Assembly (NCBI GenBank): GCA_002293625.1
Contig: DBDP01000124.1
Span: 1 to 39,324, forward strand
Reading direction: 5' to 3'
Length of the DNA stretch: 39,324 bases
Origin: Clostridiales bacterium UBA929
Lineage (GTDB): Bacteria > Bacillota > Clostridia > Oscillospirales > UBA929
The notes under the pieces were generated by a model. It made no database searches. It had not been told where the DNA came from and worked only from the letters and a program-made list of their open reading frames with translations. The position numbers and the translations under genes were made by a program. Below, in pieces: positions 34,044 to 39,324 of the stretch (the stretch's first letter is position 1; every line of letters begins with the position of its first letter).

Positions 34044-34259
34044 TTAATGAGATTTACTTGCCAGCAACTCGGCAAGCTCAGGAGGTCGGGTGCCCATCCA
34101 CCGATAGAAAGGTTCCTTAGGGATCCTGTACATGTTCCCTACCCTTTTCACGGGAAACGCTTTGCTGTGAATCAAGTTGTACGCGCTGTTGACGCCTATC
34201 CGAAGGATTTCTCGAACCTCCGATACGGTGAGTGTGTCCGGCGCTTGTAATGCCGACAT
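34044..34259 (-). CDS. Excisionase-family/MerR-like HTH DNA-binding protein
   Basis: LTVSEVREILRIGVNSAYNLIHSKAFPVKRVGNMYRIPKEPFYRWM is a typical HTH_17 pattern. GGAGG lies 6 nt upstream. Immediately upstream of the integrase remnant. Confidence 0.75.
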   Translation of the reverse strand: MSALQAPDTLTVSEVREILRIGVNSAYNLIHSKAFPVKRVGNMYRIPKEPFYRWMGTRPPELAELLASKSH

Positions 34260-34414
34260 GGCATATCCTCCTGAGCGCCGCCGATTTTCCTGTTCCGTAT
34301 TCTCTTTTCAAGGTACATGGGGTCGTTATTGCAATTGTTCCATGTAATGATTGAGAACACAGCGAAACATCGTAAACAAGAAAATGAGATGAACGGGAAC
34401 TATTCCCATTCACC

Positions 34415-34867
34415 TCAAACAGATTCGGCCATTTTCACAATACCCTCGCCGGACACCACTTTGGGATCATAATCCAACATCAATATGGTGCTGTCGTTCG
34501 GATACCATATCAAGTAAGCGCGGCCGTCCTTTTCGTAGAGGAACACGAATGCGCCGTTGACGATGACGGTAATAACGCTGTCAGCCATATCCGGGTCAAA
34601 GACTTCCGAATAGAAGGAAGCGTTCCTGATTCTCTCCGGGTCTGTGCAAAAGTAACGGTGATAAACGATAGTGTTACCCGCCTCGTCCGAGTAAACGACC
34701 GGCGCCTTTATCTCCTCTAAGCCGGCTAAGTCGAAACCCGCCTTTATTGCCGCCGTGCCAACCTCAATAAGTATTTCATCCGCTACGGATAACTCCCGCT
34801 CTTCGCAGGACGAACAGAACCCAACGATCAGGGCAAGGAGAACCGCGCCGGCTGCGAACCGTTTCAT
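34415..34867 (-). CDS. 150-aa exported or membrane-anchored protein, unknown function
   Basis: Start moved to ATG 34867 (AAGGTG 6 nt upstream, ATGA overlap with the upstream ORF). N-terminal hydrophobic segment MKRFAAGAVLLALIVGFCSSC; the lipobox is not canonical. Confidence 0.5.
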   Translation of the reverse strand: MKRFAAGAVLLALIVGFCSSCEERELSVADEILIEVGTAAIKAGFDLAGLEEIKAPVVYSDEAGNTIVYHRYFCTDPERIRNASFYSEVFDPDMADSVITVIVNGAFVFLYEKDGRAYLIWYPNDSTILMLDYDPKVVSGEGIVKMAESV

Positions 34868-35130
34868 TTCACGCACCTTCTTGAAGGAACCCCCCGCATG
34901 AAAAACTCCTCCGTTTTGCATTGGAGCATCTCAAGGGCGAGTTTGGCCTGATAGTTAATGGTGTTGGATTTGAGGATTACGCTGATGCCGTTGAACAATC
35001 CGTAATAGAGAGGCTTGTAATCCACGTCCCAATCGCTGGGGGTATTTTCGTCGAGGGCGGCGAACGCCTTCAGAATTTCCGCTGTGAGAGCCTTATCCAT
35101 TGGAGCGTCTTCCACATGTGTATAATCCAT
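34864..35130 (-). CDS. 88-aa hypothetical protein, translationally coupled to the 150-aa ORF
   Basis: ORF with an AAGGA-type SD upstream of ATG 35130. No family recognised. Confidence 0.4.
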   Translation of the reverse strand: MDYTHVEDAPMDKALTAEILKAFAALDENTPSDWDVDYKPLYYGLFNGISVILKSNTINYQAKLALEMLQCKTEEFFMRGVPSRRCVK

Positions 35131-35201
35131 CGTGGTTTTTCCTTCTTTCCGACTATATTTTCTTCGGTAGAGTTTGCCCCGTCCGGCGCGCTCTGAAAAG
35201 T

Positions 35202-35237
35202 AAAAAAGGAAACGTGCCTTAATTCAAGGGCGTTTCC
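35202..35237 (-). terminator. Rho-independent terminator downstream of the kinase-like gene
   Basis: On the minus strand, GGAAACG...CGTTTCC (7 bp, with an inner CCTT/AAGG extension) is followed by TTTTTTA. About 100 nt after the stop at 35339. Confidence 0.55.
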
Positions 35238-35338
35238 ATTGTACATCATGGTGCAACAAAATGCAACACCTAATTGCCGCATTTTGCTGTACTTTATAAA
35301 ATTATCGGCGGAAAGAGAGAAAAACGGTTTTCGAGCCG

Positions 35339-36910
35339 TCAGCCGCGGGTCACAGAAACCCTGTCGCTATGGGGGAAATCGTCCGGACGGTATGTCTCAA
35401 TGACATAGCGATTCTCACCGTCGAAGCGGATGGTGACGGTCTTGGAATAGCTGGAACCGGGCGGGTTTTCATGGATTATCAGGCTTGCGCCGCATTCCTT
35501 CATCGTTTCAAAGGTGGTCATGAAACCGATCCCGCTGCCGCCGTTCTCTTGGTGGGTAGTGACGCGCTCCGCGCCGAGCTTTATTAGTGTGTCTACTTCA
35601 AACGGGATTCCGTTGTCCTGAACCGAGAACTCATAGCAGCCGTCCGCTTCCCCGATCATCGCCAGCACCCTCCCGGTGGCGTTGTCACTCGCCTTGACCG
35701 CAATCAGCGCGTCTTGCAGGTGGTCGCCGATCATCGTTTCCAATTTTCCCTTACCGATTACCGTTTCCACCATATGTACAATGCTGCCGCTGATCATGAG
35801 GTTGAAGTCGATGTCATGGCTGGCGAAAATGCCGGCGAAGTATTTGAACAGGGCATCCATTGAATGGATGTTTGCGGAAGGTATACTTGGTATTCTCTTG
35901 CCTCCAACTGTATCGGTGTACTCTTTTGATATATCGCGGATGTCCTCCAACTGTTGGTTTAGCTGTTCGTAATAATCTGGCGGCAACCCTAATGAGCGTG
36001 TCTTCTCGATAAGGGAAAGAGCAACCTCTTCCGCCGCCGATAGGCGGTGCATGACCCTGTGGTTCGCGACCCTCACCGATTCGTGCATTTCCTTGTAGCG
36101 TTCCAGTTCTTGTGTCACTCTGGCCAACTCCTTATGATAAATTTCTTCATTGCGCTCCCATGCTCTTTTTCGCTGCCACATCTTCATACTCCTCCGAATC
36201 CATATATATATCCCCGCTCCGGTTATGCCCGTGCTGGTGATTAGAGGGATAATAGTTCTATATATTCCGTAGTTTCCCCAAAGCTCTAAGCCGAGAGTAT
36301 TAAAGGCAAAGAACAGTCCCGCAATGACCAAGGTAATAGCCAGCGTGTATCTCGCGAATAAAAAAGGGAATCCCCGCTTGAATCGCCGGACTTTGAAGAA
36401 CCGATAGCACAGAAATAGTTGTAAGACGGCGATTAAAGCGTAAAACAGCAGATAAACGGGTTCGTTGAAATCAATTGGGTTTTCATCGGTGTATTCCCGC
36501 ATACCTAAAAACGGAGCGAAAGCTAGGCTGACCGGAAGCCATCCGGCAGTATAGGATACGAAGCCCATTCCGTATGAAAGCAAGAAAGCGGATACCGCCG
36601 TATCGAGTTTTTGCTTGTAGATGACCCTAACCATTGCACTAGAGGTGGCGCAATATAGTATTTCCGGCATTCCAGAAGGAAGCCAACGCGGTGCCGTTGC
36701 CTCCAGAAATGCCCACATAATGCACCAAAGCCCCATCAATGCCTTTTGAGAGATTCGGGAGTCTTGATTCAACGATCTTTCGCAGATATAGAAGCTGGCA
36801 AGAAGCGTACCCATCGAACTGATGACATCGCACATTGACAATCCGCAAACGAATCGGCTCCATAGTCTACGAAGTGGAAATCCACTTCTGTCCAAACGCC
36901 CGCGAAACAT
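35339..36910 (-). CDS. Membrane-bound AgrC-like (HPK10-type) GHKL sensor kinase, orphan
   Basis: The N-terminal 240 aa or so are multiply hydrophobic. They are followed by a coiled-coil, a His-box candidate VANHRVMHRL, an N-box-like LETMIGDHLQDALIA, G1 DNGIPF and G2 GGSGIGF. No SD at ATG 36910, and no response regulator nearby. Confidence 0.75.
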   Translation of the reverse strand: MFRGRLDRSGFPLRRLWSRFVCGLSMCDVISSMGTLLASFYICERSLNQDSRISQKALMGLWCIMWAFLEATAPRWLPSGMPEILYCATSSAMVRVIYKQKLDTAVSAFLLSYGMGFVSYTAGWLPVSLAFAPFLGMREYTDENPIDFNEPVYLLFYALIAVLQLFLCYRFFKVRRFKRGFPFLFARYTLAITLVIAGLFFAFNTLGLELWGNYGIYRTIIPLITSTGITGAGIYIWIRRSMKMWQRKRAWERNEEIYHKELARVTQELERYKEMHESVRVANHRVMHRLSAAEEVALSLIEKTRSLGLPPDYYEQLNQQLEDIRDISKEYTDTVGGKRIPSIPSANIHSMDALFKYFAGIFASHDIDFNLMISGSIVHMVETVIGKGKLETMIGDHLQDALIAVKASDNATGRVLAMIGEADGCYEFSVQDNGIPFEVDTLIKLGAERVTTHQENGGSGIGFMTTFETMKECGASLIIHENPPGSSYSKTVTIRFDGENRYVIETYRPDDFPHSDRVSVTRG

Positions 36911-36972
36911 TAAACGATAAGATAATCCGGCTTATGCGGCGTGATATGGAGGCGGCGTCGTGAAAAATGCTC

Positions 36973-37001
36973 TGGCAATTCACGATTCCGTGTGCTATAC
37001 T
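36973..37001 (+). promoter_or_regulatory. Candidate extended -10 promoter TGGCAA-17 nt-(TGc)TATACT upstream of the metzincin gene
   Basis: Read directly. The -35 matches the consensus at only 3/6 positions, compensated by TGn. Confidence 0.35.
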
Positions 37002-37089
37002 ATGGATGCCGTAAATAACTACGACCACTGGCGACTCGTACAGGAAAGACTTTAGTTCAACCGAATCATCAAACAAGCCGTATATCACA

Positions 37090-38094
37090 TTGACATGGAA
37101 TCCAGCTACTCCCAGTGGGATTTCTGCAAATACTATTTACAGATTTAGAAACACCAATCTTCGTTACCTTAGTGCTACAACGAACACCACATTTGCTCAA
37201 TTATCATCGGTAACAGCAACAAACATTAGTGCGTTGTGGTATATCACATCAGCGGGAACGAATCTTTATTATATTGAATCTTTAGGAGTTCGTACCGCGA
37301 GACCATCTTCCACGACATTTAGTACATTACCAAATATGCTCACAGCAAATGCAACAGGAACATCCGCAACCACAGGAACTCTTTCTTTGACAGCGTTTTC
37401 ATCTGCAGACACACAAAAATGGTATATAAACAGAAACGGAAGCAATTATTACTTTGTTAACTATAAATATCCACAACTCGCCATCAATGTAAACAACATA
37501 TCTGCAGCTCCTAATCTTGCAGCATCATCAACGGGTGTTGCATGGACTGTTGAAACAGTGACAAGAAATGACGCATGGCTTCTTAGGTATAGTGGTGCAC
37601 CAACCACCGTAACCGTCAATGTTGTCATTGAAGCCTCAGCTGTAACAGGGTTACTTACAAATGCAATTTACAATACCGCAACAGCATGGAATGGCATTGA
37701 TCCCAATATTACTGTAAGGGTTTATCCCTCAACATTTACAGGAACACCTCCAAATGCGAATTTTACAATAAGAGTTCGAGGTGTTAATTCTGGTGGAGCT
37801 AGGCTAGGTAGACTTGTATCAACACCATCAAACTTAGATAGCGCATGGACTAGTGCTGTGATCGAAATATCCACCGAGTCGTCGGGAACAAACAGCAACA
37901 ATTATACTAACGGTGATCGAGAGATGAATTTTCTACATGAATTAGGTCATGGTTTGAAGCTTGCTCATCCTCATCAAGCCACTGCAGGCTATTATCCGGT
38001 CTCAATTATGTGTCAAGGCTTACCGTCAGTCAATACGAACTTAACTGTCAGGCCCTCTGGGCATGATAAATACAATCTTATGAGAAAGTGGTGA
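37090..38094 (+). CDS. Ricin-type beta-trefoil lectin domain fused to a metzincin-like zinc metalloprotease; no signal peptide
   Basis: Three QxW-like repeats (ALWYI, QKWYI, VAWTV) in the first 160 aa or so. C-terminal HELGHGLKLAH (HExxHxxxxxH) followed by a Met-turn candidate VSIMCQG. TTG start with no SD. The in-frame stop at 37012-37014 leaves no room for a leader peptide. Confidence 0.7.
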   Translation: MTWNPATPSGISANTIYRFRNTNLRYLSATTNTTFAQLSSVTATNISALWYITSAGTNLYYIESLGVRTARPSSTTFSTLPNMLTANATGTSATTGTLSLTAFSSADTQKWYINRNGSNYYFVNYKYPQLAINVNNISAAPNLAASSTGVAWTVETVTRNDAWLLRYSGAPTTVTVNVVIEASAVTGLLTNAIYNTATAWNGIDPNITVRVYPSTFTGTPPNANFTIRVRGVNSGGARLGRLVSTPSNLDSAWTSAVIEISTESSGTNSNNYTNGDREMNFLHELGHGLKLAHPHQATAGYYPVSIMCQGLPSVNTNLTVRPSGHDKYNLMRKW

Positions 38095-38099
38095 AAATA

Positions 38100-38819
38100 A
38101 TGAAAAAGGCAATACTGAGCACATTACTGGTTATACTTTTGACAGCTTGCCAATCTGTTCAACCCATTATTGGAGGCGATGCCGGGAATGGGGATAACTC
38201 CCCAAGTGGGTTCTACTTTGATTCCACTAAATTTATTATAGTGGATAATGATGGTGGGAATAGAATAATCCCCACATCAATGGAGGATATGGAAAAACGC
38301 GCACGAAACTTAACCAACGATTCTGAAACTCAATACGGTGCTATCCTTATTTGTGAAGTAATAGGGAAAAGCATAAACCGTATTATTGAGCCTTCTGAGG
38401 AAGATCGGGATGAGAGCAGTGTATATGGTGTAAATCATGTATTGACACCTGTGAAAATTAGCAGAGTTGTTTTTGCGGGTAAAGATGTCTTCTTAAACGA
38501 AGGCAATGAAGTATACTTGGTCGAACCCTTTTTCTATGTCACCAAAGAGACGCCGGCATATATGGAAGAATACGGAGAGAATACTATCATTTCAAGCGAA
38601 TACGATCCCCTTGAAAAAGGGAAAAGATATCTCATGTATCTATCATATCAGCCAGATGAAATATATAATTTCAATGGCGAAACAACCCTACGTACGCTTG
38701 GTCTTAGAGAATCAGTTTATTGCTTAAGTGATGATTCTCCAAGCAAAAGAGCCTCTGATGATCCGTTGTATGAGGATATATGGGAGGAGGTTAAAAAGAC
38801 ATATGACGATAATAAGTGA
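38100..38819 (+). CDS. Lipoprotein of unknown function
   Basis: MKKAILSTLLVILLTAC is a signal peptide with a canonical lipobox. It starts 6 nt after the metzincin stop. AT-rich like its neighbour. Confidence 0.72.
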   Translation: MKKAILSTLLVILLTACQSVQPIIGGDAGNGDNSPSGFYFDSTKFIIVDNDGGNRIIPTSMEDMEKRARNLTNDSETQYGAILICEVIGKSINRIIEPSEEDRDESSVYGVNHVLTPVKISRVVFAGKDVFLNEGNEVYLVEPFFYVTKETPAYMEEYGENTIISSEYDPLEKGKRYLMYLSYQPDEIYNFNGETTLRTLGLRESVYCLSDDSPSKRASDDPLYEDIWEEVKKTYDDNK

Positions 38820-38890
38820 TCTATAGGCAAAGGGGGTATAAAAATATACCAACGAATCTTACGTCGGAATTTTCATTCTATGTCTAGTAA

Positions 38891-38930
38891 ACCCGCAAGA
38901 TGCTTTCCTGGTCAGCGTCTTGCGGGTTTT
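38891..38930 (+). terminator. Rho-independent terminator of the metzincin-lipoprotein cassette
   Basis: ACCCGCAAGA...TCTTGCGGGT, a 10-bp stem extendable by 3 pairs, followed by TTTT. Confidence 0.7.
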
Positions 38931-39242
38931 AATATCAGTTTAGAAAAGTCCCTTGACAAATGTCATCGGACTATGTACTTTTCGGCGCTCGCGACCCGCT
39001 GACCGCGATTTCTTCTTTATACGGTTTTACCCACGAACAGGCGCAGCTCACGCTGGACATCGTCATGAGGGTAATTGAGTTCCTGAAAACGTCCACCGCC
39101 AATTACGCTCTGATCCAAGAGGTGCTCCGGCAGCAAGACCCTTAATGGGATTATATCAAATGCTAAGTGAGATGACAAGCGTTAGGTGCCGCAATTTGCC
39201 ATACTTTGCCCGATTTTATCGGTTTTGAAAGCTGAGGATGCG

Positions 39243-39324
39243 ATGAGCAACCAAGAAATTTTGAGCGAACGGATCAAGCATTACCGGCAACTGAAGGGGC
39301 TGACGCAGAAAGCGATGGCGGAGA
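39243..39324 (+). CDS. XRE-family HTH transcriptional regulator, 5' partial (runs off the window)
   Basis: ATG 39243 with GAGGA 4 nt upstream. MSNQEILSERIKHYRQLKGLTQKAMAE is the standard Cro/CI-type HTH opening. Confidence 0.65.
   Translation, partial: MSNQEILSERIKHYRQLKGLTQKAMAE

Larger units (their letters stand above)
32954..39324. mobile_element. Second, older integrated island abutting the first (right boundary outside window)
   Basis: It starts directly after a tRNA-fMet 3' copy with the same layout as island 1 (terminator hairpin, then a minus-strand integrase). Its integrase is internally deleted, and its cargo has lower GC than the core. Confidence 0.55.

Noticed and set aside
36867-37088. 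73-aa minus-strand ORF upstream of the kinase-like gene, considered as an AgrD-like peptide precursor or as a frameshifted N terminus of the kinase.
   Set aside because: It has no SD and a GTG start. It shows no AgrD-like layout (no amphipathic leader, Cys-containing core or acidic tail). It overlaps the candidate + strand promoter. A frameshift joining it to the kinase cannot be excluded but is not supported by any recognisable motif.
38960-39145. 61-aa + strand ORF between the cassette terminator and the XRE gene.
   Set aside because: Its ATG lies inside a promoter-like TTGACA-17-TACTTT element (38953-38981) and has no SD. No family resemblance was found. It could be a gene fragment or just 5' leader of the XRE gene.

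Overview
This is a GC-rich chromosomal segment that reads like a Clostridia-type Firmicute. Hand counts of single 60-nt lines give 40/60 G+C at 8341-8400, against 23/60 at 36241-36300 and at 38101-38160.

Core block (1-22.7 kb): a single minus-strand housekeeping run. It contains a VOC/glyoxalase protein, aspartate kinase, a GNAT, a bPH-domain protein, homoserine dehydrogenase, mannonate dehydratase, 6-phosphofructokinase, DnaE, a PstS-like lipoprotein and a GyrI-like protein. These are followed by a decayed HigB2/HigA2-type toxin-antitoxin pair, TrkH with two RCK/TrkA genes, whiA-yvcK-rapZ-murB, a ROK glucokinase, a class II Fic protein, TmcAL and acetate kinase. A shredded MutS-related pseudogene then precedes a promoter plus tRNA-Leu(UAA) and initiator tRNA-fMet.

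Island 1: the last 45 nt of tRNA-fMet plus 3 nt recur as a perfect 48-bp direct repeat 9.2 kb downstream. The repeats delimit an integrated phage-like island with these genes:
- integrase, a small HTH protein and an excisionase-like protein
- a fused YqaJ-exonuclease/RecT
- a replisome organizer carrying in-gene iterons, a DnaC-like loader and a VRR-NUC nuclease
- a sigma-70-family factor
- an RHH-PIN-small ORF module next to a dense divergent promoter/operator region
- two small cargo ORFs
I can recognise no virion, packaging or lysis gene and no repressor gene in it.

Island 2: it abuts island 1 directly and its right end lies beyond the window. It begins with an internally deleted integrase and an excisionase-like HTH. 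Its cargo has lower GC than the core: an orphan AgrC-like membrane GHKL kinase with two small coupled ORFs, and a divergent AT-rich cassette encoding a signal-peptide-less ricin-lectin/metzincin protein plus a lipoprotein.

The most interesting signals are the tandem tRNA-fMet islands, the satellite-like gene content of island 1, the exonuclease-RecT fusion, and the island 2 cargo. No CRISPR array, rRNA or transposase was seen.
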